In this document: piece after piece, positions 32,318 to 41,986 of the stretch
How positions within the stretch are numbered: position 1 is the first letter of the stretch
How the letters are laid out: each line of letters begins with the position of its first letter
DNA from: an uncultured Acidobacteriota bacterium
GTDB lineage: Bacteria > Actinomycetota > Acidimicrobiia > Spongiisociales > ZC4RG35
DNA length: 64,000 bases
Assembly (NCBI GenBank): GCA_963828465.1
Contig: CAWHEU010000018.1
Location: 1 to 64,000 of the forward strand
Direction of reading: 5' to 3'
The notes under the pieces: generated by a model
Told to the model about the DNA's origin: nothing
The model's database searches: none
The model's input: the letters and a program-made list of their open reading frames with translations, nothing else
Program-made: the position numbers and the translations under genes

Positions 32318-33363
32318 CGGAACTGGCTCAGGAAACGGAGGTCGTTGTCAACAAAGTGACGGATGTCGTTGATGCCGTGGCGAACCATGGCCATACGCTC
32401 GACCCCCATTCCGAAGGCGAACCCGGAGAACTGGGACGGGTCGTAGCCGACGGCGAGCAGGACGTTGGGATCGACCATGCCGCAGCCCAGCATCTCCAGC
32501 CAACCTGCTCCGCCACAGACCCGGCACCCGGGCTCGCCACCGTCGCAGGCGAAGCAGGAGACGGAGAGGTCTGCGGAGGGCTCTGTGAACGGGAAGAAAT
32601 CGGGCCGGAGCCTCACCGAGGTGCTCGGGCCGAAGAACTCCCTGGAGAAATGGGCCAAGGTCCCCTTAAGGTCAGAGAACTGGATCGATTCATCGACGGC
32701 CAACCCTTCGATCTGATGAAAGACCGGGAGATGGGTGGCATCGGTCGTCTCCTGGCGATAGACCTTCCCTGGCACCACGACATAGACCGGTGGCTCGTGA
32801 GTCTCCATCCACCGTGCCTGGACCGGGGAGGTCTGGGTCCTGAGTAGGACCTCGTCGGCCGGGTCCCCGTAGTCGAGGTAGAGGGTGTCCGACTCGAGGC
32901 GGGCAGGATGGGTCGGCGGCGTGTTGAGGGCGTCGAAGTTGTACCACCCGAGCTCCGCTTCAGGCCCGTCCGCCACCACGTAGCCGAGGCCGTTGAAGAT
33001 GTCCACGATCTCGTCGATGGTCTGCTGGAGCAGATGCTGCGATCCCTGCGGGAACGAGTGGCTGGCCAGCGTGACATCGATTCGATCCTCGGTGAGCCTC
33101 CTCGCCTCGTCCTCGATCTCGAGCTCGAGCCTCCTTGCGGAAAGGAACGCCTGGATACTCCTGGTGACTTCGTTCAACTTCTCTCCGACCAGGGGCCTAT
33201 CGGCCGGGTCCAAGGAACCCATCGATCTCCTCACGTCGCCCAGAGAAGAGCTCTTGCCCAGGAGGTCGCTCTCGACGCGGTCCAGCTCCTCGAGGGTCGC
33301 TGCGCCGCCTATCGCAGTCGGAGCCTCGGCCAGCACACTGTCGAGCACCGATCCGGCATCCAT
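32314..33363 (-). CDS. pheS: Phenylalanine--tRNA ligase alpha subunit
   Basis: NFDALN, HPAR, LRTQTSPVQ, FHQIEG, FPFTEPS, GFAFGMGVER. Confidence 0.97.
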   Translation of the reverse strand: MDAGSVLDSVLAEAPTAIGGAATLEELDRVESDLLGKSSSLGDVRRSMGSLDPADRPLVGEKLNEVTRSIQAFLSARRLELEIEDEARRLTEDRIDVTLASHSFPQGSQHLLQQTIDEIVDIFNGLGYVVADGPEAELGWYNFDALNTPPTHPARLESDTLYLDYGDPADEVLLRTQTSPVQARWMETHEPPVYVVVPGKVYRQETTDATHLPVFHQIEGLAVDESIQFSDLKGTLAHFSREFFGPSTSVRLRPDFFPFTEPSADLSVSCFACDGGEPGCRVCGGAGWLEMLGCGMVDPNVLLAVGYDPSQFSGFAFGMGVERMAMVRHGINDIRHFVDNDLRFLSQFR

Positions 33364-33375
33364 GTCGGCGGCAGG

Positions 33376-34158
33376 TTAGAAGGCTCGCTTGCGCTCGCCG
33401 TACTCGGTACCCGGTATCTGTTGTCGGGATAGCTCGTACATCACAATTCCGGCGGCCATGGCAGCGTTCAGGCTCTCCATTCCGCCGGGCATCGGGATGG
33501 TGACCTTGTGGGCGGACTGCTCGACCACGTCAGGCGGGAGACCCGGCGCTTCCTCGCCGACCAGTAGCGCATAGCGCCCGGTGGCCAGGTCGGCAGGTCT
33601 CGGCCCTCCACTGACCACCGTGGCGACGGTGGCCAAGCCCATGTCTTCCAGGGTCTGGAGCGACTCGACCGGCGTGATATTGAGACGAAAATGCCCTCCG
33701 GCTCCTGCCCTCAGGACCTTGGGCGCCCACGGATCGGCCGTGCCTTCGGTGTAACCGAAGTCCCAGTCAAAGGCAGCCGCGGTCCGGATCATGGTCCCGA
33801 CGTTCCCGGGGTCGCTCAGTCCCCATGCCACGATCATGTTTCGACCGGTTGGCGGGGCGGACGGAGGGATCGGAATGATCGCCGCCGGCCCTCTCGGCGT
33901 CCTGGTGCCGGTGACCCGGCCCAAGGCGGCTGATTCCACCAGGATCAGCTCGAAGCCATGGTCCGTGGCCAGCCTCGAACTGACCGCGTCGTCGGGGAGG
34001 GCGAACACCACGTCGGGTGCGACACCGGCAGCCAGCGCTTCGGCCAGGAGGCTTGGGCCTTCGAGAATGGTCCTCCCGGTGGCCCGTCGGTCCCGAGCGC
34101 GATGAAGCCGGGCCGCTTCCACCACGCGTGGGTTGCGATGGCTGCGGACCGGCTCCAC
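33376..34158 (-). CDS. TrmH/SpoU family RNA methyltransferase
   Basis: DPGNVGTMIRTA, KVLRAGAG, VGEEAPGL, IPMPGGMESLNAAMA. Confidence 0.92.
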   Translation of the reverse strand: MEPVRSHRNPRVVEAARLHRARDRRATGRTILEGPSLLAEALAAGVAPDVVFALPDDAVSSRLATDHGFELILVESAALGRVTGTRTPRGPAAIIPIPPSAPPTGRNMIVAWGLSDPGNVGTMIRTAAAFDWDFGYTEGTADPWAPKVLRAGAGGHFRLNITPVESLQTLEDMGLATVATVVSGGPRPADLATGRYALLVGEEAPGLPPDVVEQSAHKVTIPMPGGMESLNAAMAAGIVMYELSRQQIPGTEYGERKRAF

Positions 34159-34176
34159 TGGCAGGGGACGTTGAGG

Positions 34177-34527
34177 TCAGCCCTTGCGGGAAGCCTCTAC
34201 CAATTGTGAGAAGGCGCTCGGGTCATTGACAGCCATCTCGGCCAGCATCTTGCGATCGACCTCGATCTCGGCGGCTTTCAGCCCGGCGATCAACTGCGAA
34301 TACGTGGTGCCGTTCTGCCGGGCCGCGGCGTTGATCCGGGCGATCCAGAGACGCCGGAACTCACCCTTGCGGGCACGCCGATCGCGATAGGCGTCCTGCA
34401 TCGCATGCATGACCTGCTCGTTTGCAGTCTTGTACCGGCGGCTACGTGCGCCTTTGTATCCCTTGGCCCGATCGAGGACCTTCTTGTGTGACTTCTTGGC
34501 GTGGACCGCCCGTTTCACACGTGCCAT
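34177..34527 (-). CDS. rplT: 50S ribosomal protein L20
   Basis: MARVKRAV...AKGYKG...[14 protein letters not shown]...DRKMLA. Confidence 0.98.
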   Translation of the reverse strand: MARVKRAVHAKKSHKKVLDRAKGYKGARSRRYKTANEQVMHAMQDAYRDRRARKGEFRRLWIARINAAARQNGTTYSQLIAGLKAAEIEVDRKMLAEMAVNDPSAFSQLVEASRKG

Positions 34528-34546
34528 GGCTGAACCTCCTGAGTCC

Positions 34547-34741
34547 TCAGCGACCGAGCATCTTCTTGGCGACCTTGGCGTCGCCGGGGGCGAGCTCCAC
34601 CTCGCCGGTGCGACGGCGATAGGTGCCCTTGCCCTTGGCCAGACGCAGGTGACCGCGACCTGACTGGCCTCTCATGTATTTGCCAGAACCTGTGACCTTG
34701 ATCCGCTTCTTGGCGCCGCTGTGTGTCTTCATCTTCGGCAC
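34547..34741 (-). CDS. rpmI: 50S ribosomal protein L35
   Basis: [21 protein letters not shown]. Confidence 0.97.
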   Translation of the reverse strand: MPKMKTHSGAKKRIKVTGSGKYMRGQSGRGHLRLAKGKGTYRRRTGEVELAPGDAKVAKKMLGR

Positions 34742-34759
34742 GGCTACCTCCTGTTCGTC

Positions 34760-35305
34760 CTACTGCTCGTCTTCGGCCGTCTCAACGGACGCCTTCGTCT
34801 TCCGGGAGGGAGCAAGCACCATGGTCATGCTCCGACCTTCGAGTTTGGCGGTCTGCTCCGTGACCGCGACATCCGTCAATTCCTCCGCCAGCTTGTCGAG
34901 CAACTCTTTGCCGAACGCGGGACGCTCCTGCTCCCGTCCGCGGAAGCGGACCGTGACCTTGACCTTGTCCCCTTCCTCGAGGAATTCCTGGGCCTTTCGA
35001 CGGGTGATGTCGAAGTCGTGGTCCCCGATCCGCACCTTCATTCGAAGTTCCTTGATGGTGGTCCGGGTCTGCTTCTTCCGTGCCTCGCGCGCCTTGACCG
35101 ACTGCTCGTACTTGTACTTGCCGTAGTCCATCAGCCGGCAAACCGGCGGCTTGGCATTGGGTGCCACCTCCACGAGATCTAGATCTAGCTGCTCTGCCAG
35201 CCACATGGCCTCGTTCAGCTTCTTGATCCCGATCTGTTCCCCATCGGGGGCGATGACCAAGACTTCCTTGGCCCTTATGGCGCCATTCACACGGAGCTCG
35301 TTGAT
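34760..35305 (-). CDS. infC: Translation initiation factor IF-3 with non-canonical AUC start
   Basis: GGAGGT SD then ATC (35305-35303) in frame. LDLVEVAPNAKPPVCRLMDYGKYKYE, GDKVKVTVRFRGRE. Confidence 0.96.
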   Translation of the reverse strand: MNELRVNGAIRAKEVLVIAPDGEQIGIKKLNEAMWLAEQLDLDLVEVAPNAKPPVCRLMDYGKYKYEQSVKAREARKKQTRTTIKELRMKVRIGDHDFDITRRKAQEFLEEGDKVKVTVRFRGREQERPAFGKELLDKLAEELTDVAVTEQTAKLEGRSMTMVLAPSRKTKASVETAEDEQ

Positions 35306-35342
35306 GCTCTTACCTCCTGCTGGTGTTCGATTGCTCGGAAAG

Positions 35343-35495
35343 AAAAAGGCAACAGGCGAAAGACCTGCTGCCATGACCTCGAACCGGTCCCCGATTGAGG
35401 CGATCGGTCTGGTGATCGGACCACGGCTCGCCTTTGCTGAGATCTACCTGGATCCCGCCGGCGGCCGGGTGGGGAAGCAGCGCTTCCGCTCTTGC
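35343..35495 (-). promoter_or_regulatory. L20-leader-like RNA with attenuator terminator upstream of infC-rpmI-rplT
   Basis: GCGGAAGCGCTGCTTCCCCACC resembles the Firmicute L20 leader core. Terminator GGCAGCAGG-loop-CCTGTTGCC-TTTTT lies at 35372-35343. Confidence 0.6.
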
Positions 35496-35550
35496 CATCG
35501 GTTGTCCCAACGAGGTTACCAGTGCAGTGTCCGGAATCGGTAGTCGCAAC

Positions 35551-36012
35551 TCAGGTTGCATCGAGCCCCCGCAGCGCCACCGCTGTCGATACCGCAGCCT
35601 CCGCCGCCTCATACCCCTTGTTCGACGGTCCCTCGGTCGCCCGCTCCACTGCGTGAGCGAACTCGTTCACGGCGAGGATTGCATTGGTCACCGGGATACC
35701 GGTGTCGAGGGCGACCCGGGCGATCCCGGCGGTCGACTCCCGGACCACGATCTCGTAGTGGTCGGTATCGCCCCGAACGATGGTGCCGATGGCCACCACG
35801 GCATCACAACCAGCGTCGGCGAGACCGAGTGCGGCAATGGGCAGCTCCAGCGCCCCGGGAACCCTGACCACGGTCACCTCGGCGCCGAGCGCCTCGAGGC
35901 GGGTCACCGCTCCATCGAGGAGGCGGTCCGTCACAGATCGGTTCCAGGTGGCAACGGCTACGCCCACGTGCAGGCCGGTCCCGTCCAGGTCTCCTTCGAT
36001 GCTTCGGATCAT
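35551..36012 (-). CDS. ribH: 6,7-dimethyl-8-ribityllumazine synthase
   Basis: [13 protein letters not shown]-like [17 protein letters not shown]. Confidence 0.95.
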   Translation of the reverse strand: MIRSIEGDLDGTGLHVGVAVATWNRSVTDRLLDGAVTRLEALGAEVTVVRVPGALELPIAALGLADAGCDAVVAIGTIVRGDTDHYEIVVRESTAGIARVALDTGIPVTNAILAVNEFAHAVERATEGPSNKGYEAAEAAVSTAVALRGLDAT

Positions 36013-37223
36013 GCCCCCTGGCCCAGGTCCATTTGATGTCCCAGGCGGGTGGCCTTTGCCCGCAAATAGTCCCGGTTCTCGTCGTTGGCGTCGACGAACA
36101 GGGGGACCTGCTCGAGGATCGAAAGCCCGTAGCCTTCGATCCCGGCTCGTTTGGTGGGGTTGTTCGTCATGATCCGCATCGAGCGCACCCCGAGGTCGTA
36201 CAGGATTTGGGCACCGACCCCGTAGTCCCGGGCATCGACGGGCAGCCCCAGATTCACGTTGGCATCCACGGTGTCGTACCCCTCGTCCTGGAGCTTGTAT
36301 GCCGCCAGCTTGTGAAGCAATCCGATGCCCCGGCCTTCATGGCCCCGGATGTAGAGGACGACACCGCGCCCCTCCCCGGCAACCCTCGCCATCGCCTGGT
36401 CCAGCTGGTCACCACAGTCACATCGCAGGCTGCCGAACACATCGCCGGTCAGGCACTCGGAATGGACCCTGGTGAGAACCGATTCCCCGTCGCCCAGGTC
36501 ACCAATGACGAGGGCTATGTGCTGACGGTCGTCAACGAGCGAGCGATAGCCGACAGCGGTGAAGGTGCCGTGATCAGTGGGAATACGGGCCTCGACGACA
36601 CGTTCGACGAGCTTCTCCTCACGACGCCGAAAGGCGATGAGATCAGCGATCGTCCCGATGAGCAAGCCATGTTCATCGGCAAACCGCTCCAACTCGGGGA
36701 GCCGTGCGACCGACCCATCATCGTTCATGACCTCGGCAAGCACGCCGGCCGGGTAATGCCCCGACAACCGGGCCAGGTCGACGGCGGCCTCGGTGTGCCC
36801 CGCCCTCTTCAGAACACCACCTGGCTCGTAGCGCAGCGGGTACATGTGTCCGGGGCGAGCGAGATCATGGGGCTTTGTCTCGGGGTCGACCACAGCTCTG
36901 ATCGTCTTCCAGCGATCGGAGGCCGAGATGCCGGTAGTGGTCCCCTCCCTGGCATCGATGGAGACCGTGAAGGCGGTGCGCCGCACGTCCGTGTTGCGGG
37001 CGACCATCATCGGCAGGTCGAGCTCGTCGAGTCTCTCACCGACGACCGGCAGGCAGATGATCCCGCTCGTGTGCCGCAGCATGAAACCCACCTGCTCAGG
37101 GGTGGCGGTCTCGGCGGCGAGAATCAAGTCGCCCTCGTTCTCGCGATCTTCGTCGTCGACCATGATCACCATCTCGCCGTTTCCGACGGCCGAGATGACG
37201 TCTTCGATGGCGGCAAAGGTCAT
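36009..37223 (-). CDS. ribBA: Bifunctional DHBP synthase / GTP cyclohydrolase II
   Basis: [52 protein letters not shown]. Confidence 0.97.
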   Translation of the reverse strand: MTFAAIEDVISAVGNGEMVIMVDDEDRENEGDLILAAETATPEQVGFMLRHTSGIICLPVVGERLDELDLPMMVARNTDVRRTAFTVSIDAREGTTTGISASDRWKTIRAVVDPETKPHDLARPGHMYPLRYEPGGVLKRAGHTEAAVDLARLSGHYPAGVLAEVMNDDGSVARLPELERFADEHGLLIGTIADLIAFRRREEKLVERVVEARIPTDHGTFTAVGYRSLVDDRQHIALVIGDLGDGESVLTRVHSECLTGDVFGSLRCDCGDQLDQAMARVAGEGRGVVLYIRGHEGRGIGLLHKLAAYKLQDEGYDTVDANVNLGLPVDARDYGVGAQILYDLGVRSMRIMTNNPTKRAGIEGYGLSILEQVPLFVDANDENRDYLRAKATRLGHQMDLGQGA

Positions 37224-37810
37224 GATCCGGCTTTCAGCAGCTTTTCGACATACTTCGCGACCAAATCGACCTCAAGGTTGACCTTCTCCCCCACTGCACG
37301 CAAACCCAGTGTGGTCACCTGGAGCGAATGGGGAATCAGGGCGATCTCGACTTCGTGTCCTTTCACTGCGGCCACGGTGAGGCTGACTCCATCGACGGTG
37401 ATCGATCCTTTCTCGATCACATAGCGGCTCAAGGCGTCGGGAATCCGGAGGCGCAACCGCCGGCCCGATCCTTCGGGCACGATGGCTGTGATCACCGCCA
37501 CGCCGTCGACATGACCCTGCACGATGTGCCCGTCGAACCTCCCGTCCGCCGCCATCGGGCGCTCGAGATTGACCGGGTCGCCCGGTTGCAGCTCGGCGAG
37601 GGTCGAGCGGCTCAGGGTCTCCTTGACGACGTCGACTGCAACGTGCCCCGGTCCAGTCTCCACGCCGGTGAGGCACACACCATTGACCGAGATCGAACCA
37701 CCCAGTTCGATCTTCGGAAGGGTCCCGGTGTCCAGCACGAGTCGCATTCCTCCGTTGGCGTTCTCCACGGAGACGACTGACCCCCGCTGCTCGACTATCC
37801 CGGTGAACAT
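37220..37810 (-). CDS. ribE: Riboflavin synthase
   Basis: [38 protein letters not shown]. Confidence 0.96.
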   Translation of the reverse strand: MFTGIVEQRGSVVSVENANGGMRLVLDTGTLPKIELGGSISVNGVCLTGVETGPGHVAVDVVKETLSRSTLAELQPGDPVNLERPMAADGRFDGHIVQGHVDGVAVITAIVPEGSGRRLRLRIPDALSRYVIEKGSITVDGVSLTVAAVKGHEVEIALIPHSLQVTTLGLRAVGEKVNLEVDLVAKYVEKLLKAGS

Positions 37811-38896
37811 CTAGGAGGCCCCCCTCCCCGCCTGCGGCGGTACTCCCCCCTCCAGGGGGAGAAATTCGATTCTGATATCAGGACCAACCATCCGAACGTC
37901 GTTGATATTCACTGCGCTTGATTGTGCCATGGTCGCGAAATCTCCCTCTATCGGAGCCATGCCACGCCCACCGGCCATTCGTGGCCCAACATAGATCACG
38001 CCCCTGCTCACCACCCCGGCCCTCCACCATGCCCCCGTCAACTGAGGGCCGCCTTCCAGGAGGAGGTCGAGCAGCCCTCGGTCGGCCAACGCCTGCGCCG
38101 ACTTCACAGGATCGGGCCACTCATCATCGCCGCCGACCACCACGACCTCGCCTGACGGGACGCCCAGCGGTCGCGCGCTGATCACGAGAGGTGATCTCTC
38201 CCAGATCCTCCTGTCGATGGGGAGGGACTGGCGTCCGGCCACCACGACCGGTACAGGCTGTTTCTCGACGCCTTCGACGCGGGCGGTGAGCAATGGATCG
38301 TCGGCGCGGAAGGTCCCTGCGCCGACGACGACGGCATCCATGGTCGCCCGGAGGCGGTGCGCATCTTGTCTCGCCTCTTCGGACGTGATCCATTGCGACG
38401 ACCCGTCGGTTGCGGCAACGGAGCCGTCCAGGGTCATGGCCACTTTCAAGGTGACCAGGGGCAGCCCTGTGCGCCGGTGGTGGAAGTAGGCAGGGTCGAC
38501 AGACTCCGCTTCTGGTGCCAACACCCCGGTCTCCACCTCGATACCAGCCTCTTTCAGCCAGGCCACCCCGGCTCCCGACACACGTTGGTCCGGGTCGATC
38601 GCCCCAATCACTACCTTGCGAACCCCGGCTTCCGCCACGGCTCCTGCGCAGGGCGGCGTCTCGCCTTGATGGCTGCACGGCTCGAGCGTCACAAAGAGCG
38701 TGGATCCCCGCGCCTGGTCCCGGGCTTCAGCGAGGGCGACCACCTCTGCGTGGGGCTGGCCGACCCCGTGATGTGCCCCCTCACCCACCACCTGGCCGGA
38801 TTCGTCCACAATGACGGCGCCAACCCTCGGGTTGGGATGAGTTCTGTGCGGTGCGGCGAGCTCGATTGCTCGTCGCATGTGGCGGGCATCGCCCAC
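37811..38896 (-). CDS. ribD: Riboflavin deaminase/reductase
   Basis: PNPRVGAV, HAEVVAL, TLEPCSHQGETPPC, TLDG, LLEGG. Confidence 0.96.
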   Translation of the reverse strand: MGDARHMRRAIELAAPHRTHPNPRVGAVIVDESGQVVGEGAHHGVGQPHAEVVALAEARDQARGSTLFVTLEPCSHQGETPPCAGAVAEAGVRKVVIGAIDPDQRVSGAGVAWLKEAGIEVETGVLAPEAESVDPAYFHHRRTGLPLVTLKVAMTLDGSVAATDGSSQWITSEEARQDAHRLRATMDAVVVGAGTFRADDPLLTARVEGVEKQPVPVVVAGRQSLPIDRRIWERSPLVISARPLGVPSGEVVVVGGDDEWPDPVKSAQALADRGLLDLLLEGGPQLTGAWWRAGVVSRGVIYVGPRMAGGRGMAPIEGDFATMAQSSAVNINDVRMVGPDIRIEFLPLEGGVPPQAGRGAS

Positions 38897-38910
38897 TCAG
38901 CGGCCCGCCA

Positions 38911-39840
38911 CTAAGTAGCGCGTCGATCGATGCGGTAGGTGGAGCCCTGCTGCTTCTTGGCGAATTCCTTCATTTCCACCGCAATCGCCGACGCCTCCCA
39001 CTGTGTGGAGATCTCGCGCACGTCGGTGGACGCTACACCCAGGGAGAGGGATACCACAGGGAAGGCGAACCGCTCCCCGCGCCGGTCGATGACCTCGATG
39101 TAGCCGCGGAGGGCATCGGCGGTGTCATAGAGGTCGAGGATCCCGTCGTCGAAACGCTCGATGACCTCCTTGCAGAAGGACTCCGACACCTCGGGTGGGA
39201 TGATTGCCACGAAATCGTCGCCACCGATGTGACCGACGAAGGCGTTGGCGATGCCCAGGCTGTCGGAGGCGTCGTTGAAGCACTTGGCACAGAAACGGAT
39301 CACCTCGTCGCCGCGCATGAACCCGTAGTGGTCGTTGAACGCCTTGAAGTTGTCGAGGTCGCCGTGAACGAGAGCAAAGTCCCTCCCGGAGGAGATCCTC
39401 TCCTCGACCTCTCCGGTGATCTTGAAGTTCCCGGGTAGACCTGTGAGTGGCGACAGATCGCGGGCCGCCTGCGTTCTGCGTACCACTGCCCGGACTCGAG
39501 CGACGAGCTCGTTGATGTCGAACGGCTTGGTGATGTAGTCGTCGGCGCCCAACTCGAGGCCGCGCACACGATCTTCGGGGAGGCCGCGGGCCGTGAGGAG
39601 GATGATTGGGATGTTCCCCGTCGAAGCCTGGCTGCGCAGCCGGTGCAGGGCGGTGAGCCCGTCCATACGGGGCATCATGATGTCGAGGACGATCACATGT
39701 GGGGGGTTGGCGGTCGCCTTCTGCAGGGCATCTTCGCCATCGACAGCGGTCTCTACCTCGAAGCCTTCCAGCTCGAAGTTGACCTGGACCACGGCGAGTA
39801 TGTCCGGATCGTCGTCCGCGATGAGGACTCGTTCACTCAT
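38911..39840 (-). CDS. Response regulator with REC + GGDEF domain (GGDDF variant)
   Basis: ADDD, LDIMMPRMDG, GADDYITKPF, SPLTGLPGN, DLDNFKAFNDHYG, GDEVI, HIGGDDF. Confidence 0.9.
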   Translation of the reverse strand: MSERVLIADDDPDILAVVQVNFELEGFEVETAVDGEDALQKATANPPHVIVLDIMMPRMDGLTALHRLRSQASTGNIPIILLTARGLPEDRVRGLELGADDYITKPFDINELVARVRAVVRRTQAARDLSPLTGLPGNFKITGEVEERISSGRDFALVHGDLDNFKAFNDHYGFMRGDEVIRFCAKCFNDASDSLGIANAFVGHIGGDDFVAIIPPEVSESFCKEVIERFDDGILDLYDTADALRGYIEVIDRRGERFAFPVVSLSLGVASTDVREISTQWEASAIAVEMKEFAKKQQGSTYRIDRRAT

Positions 39841-40499
39841 TTACCTTGTAATGCCCTTCTCATCTCGGCAGCAGCCGTCGGCGGATCATCCGCCCCGAAA
39901 ATGGTCGTCCCGGCCACGAGCACATTTGCCCCTGCCGAAACAGCCTGACGAGCGGTCTCGAGTGTGATTCCACCGTCGATCTGAATATCGGCGCCCAAAC
40001 CCCGCTTCTCAACCCATTCTCTCGCCTCTTCCACCTTGGTGAGCACCTCCGGCATGAAGCTCTGGCCGCCGAAGCCGGGCTCCACCGACATGAACAGGAC
40101 CACATCGGCCAACTCCATGAACGGCCGCAAGGCGGCGAAGGGTGTTGCCGGGTTGCACACCAGGCCGAAGCCCAAGCCGTTCTCACGAGCCAACTTCGCC
40201 GCGTCGGTTGGCTCAGGCATCGCCTCGATGTGCATCGTCACCGAGTCCGCCCCGGCCTCGGCCAGATCGGGTAGATAGGCATCCGGGTTGGTGGTCATCA
40301 AATGGCAGTCGAAATGAAGCTCGGTGATGGGTCGGATGCCCGCTATGACCGGGATCCCGAAGGAGATGTTGGGCACGAAATGCCCGTCCATCACGTCGAT
40401 ATGGAGCCAGTCCACCTCCGCCTCCACCGCCACGATTTGCTTCTCGAGACAGCTGAAGTCGGCTGCGAGCAGCGATGGTGCGATCTTCAATGCGGCCAT
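39837..40499 (-). CDS. rpe: Ribulose-phosphate 3-epimerase
   Basis: IAPSLLAADF, HIDVMDGHFVPN, MSVEPGFGGQ, IDGGI. Confidence 0.97.
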   Translation of the reverse strand: MAALKIAPSLLAADFSCLEKQIVAVEAEVDWLHIDVMDGHFVPNISFGIPVIAGIRPITELHFDCHLMTTNPDAYLPDLAEAGADSVTMHIEAMPEPTDAAKLARENGLGFGLVCNPATPFAALRPFMELADVVLFMSVEPGFGGQSFMPEVLTKVEEAREWVEKRGLGADIQIDGGITLETARQAVSAGANVLVAGTTIFGADDPPTAAAEMRRALQGK

Positions 40500-40531
40500 G
40501 GGGCGAGTCTATGTCCCGGCCGTGTGCTCGA

Positions 40532-41446
40532 TCAGGCGACGGACCCGCGGTCGCGACGACGCCCGCGCAGCCACGACTCGCCGGACATCGGGCGCTTGCC
40601 CGGTGGCAGCAGAGTCACCAGTTGCACTCCCCCATCACCGAGACCAGCCACCGGCATGCCGTCGAAATCCATCCAGCGCCCCGGTTCTGGAGCGGCCTCA
40701 TGCAGGCGCGCCTGCAGCACCTGATACGTCTCCCCGTCGATGATCAGACTGGCGCCTGGCTCCGGTGACAGACCCCGTACCCGGTTCACCTCCTCGACCC
40801 GACTCCCGTCCACCTTGATGACCCTTTCTTGGGGCTCGATCTTGGAGGCGTAGGTCAGCCCTTCATCGCTCTGTGGCACTGGCTCCAGGCCGCCATCGAG
40901 ATAGGGAGGTATCGCTCCGGTCATCAGCCGGGCACCGAGCATGGAAAGGCGGGAAGTCAAGTCTCCAGCGGTCTCCTCATCGTCGATGTCGACCGCTTGA
41001 GCGGTGAGGACCGGTCCGGTGTCCAGACCCTCGTCGAGACGGAAGATGGTGACGCCCGTCATCGGATCTCCGGCCATCAGGGCCCGGCTCACTGGAGCCG
41101 CGCCCCTCCAGCGGGGAAGAAGGGAGAAATGCAGGTTCAACATCCCGGCGGCAGGAACTGCGAGCGCATCAGATTTGAGGATGCGGCCGTAAGCAACCAC
41201 GACAGCCACGTCCAGGTTTCCCGCCGATTCGAGCGATTCCCTCACCTCACCGGCCGAGCTCGGTTGGACTACAGGCAAGCCGAGGCGGTCGCCCTCGATC
41301 TTGACCGGAGGAGGAGACATGGCTCGGCCCCTGCCCTTCGGTCTATCGGGTTGGGTGACCACGACCGCGACGTCGTGGCCCGCAGCAAGCGATCTCAGGG
41401 TGGGCAGCGCCGCTTCCGGGGTCCCCAGGAAAGCGACCCGGCTCAC
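40532..41446 (-). CDS. fmt: Methionyl-tRNA formyltransferase
   Basis: FLGTPE, VVTQPDRPKGRG, NLHFSLLPRWRGAAP, LDTGP. Confidence 0.96.
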   Translation of the reverse strand: MSRVAFLGTPEAALPTLRSLAAGHDVAVVVTQPDRPKGRGRAMSPPPVKIEGDRLGLPVVQPSSAGEVRESLESAGNLDVAVVVAYGRILKSDALAVPAAGMLNLHFSLLPRWRGAAPVSRALMAGDPMTGVTIFRLDEGLDTGPVLTAQAVDIDDEETAGDLTSRLSMLGARLMTGAIPPYLDGGLEPVPQSDEGLTYASKIEPQERVIKVDGSRVEEVNRVRGLSPEPGASLIIDGETYQVLQARLHEAAPEPGRWMDFDGMPVAGLGDGGVQLVTLLPPGKRPMSGESWLRGRRRDRGSVA

Positions 41447-41952
41447 TCGAAGGTGGCCAGCCCCAGGGCCTCATCCCTCAGGTCACGGAGGGCCTTCTTC
41501 CGGATCGGCCTGTCCAGCCGGTCTATGAGCAGCTTCTGGTCGAGATGGTCGATCTCGTGTTGGAGGACACGGCCCAGAAGACCATCGCCGGCGTACTCGA
41601 CTTCATTCCCTTCCAGGTCGAGAGCACGAGCACGGGCGAAACCGGGGCGTGTGATCTCCCACCAGTGGCCGGGCACCGAAAGGCACCCTTCTTCGTATTC
41701 CCACTCGCCACTGACTTCGACGATCTCCGGGTTGATCATCACCCTCGGCCCGAGCTCGTCCTGGGCGTCGAAGACGGCGATCCGCCTCGGAACTCCGATC
41801 TGGTTGGCGGCAAGCCCGACGCCGGGCGCTTCGTACATCGTCTCGATCATGTCCTGAACCAGTGCCCTGACGGTCTCGTCGATCTCGACCACCGGCTTGG
41901 TCTCGAGACGCAACACCGGGTCGCCAAAGGTGCGGATCGGGTAGACGGCCAT
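41443..41952 (-). CDS. def: Peptide deformylase
   Basis: GVGLAANQIG, EGCLSVP, QHEIDHL. Confidence 0.97.
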   Translation of the reverse strand: MAVYPIRTFGDPVLRLETKPVVEIDETVRALVQDMIETMYEAPGVGLAANQIGVPRRIAVFDAQDELGPRVMINPEIVEVSGEWEYEEGCLSVPGHWWEITRPGFARARALDLEGNEVEYAGDGLLGRVLQHEIDHLDQKLLIDRLDRPIRKKALRDLRDEALGLATFE

Positions 41953-41986
41953 GCTGGCGTGTGACTCTAAATCCCCTCGTGTGGCG

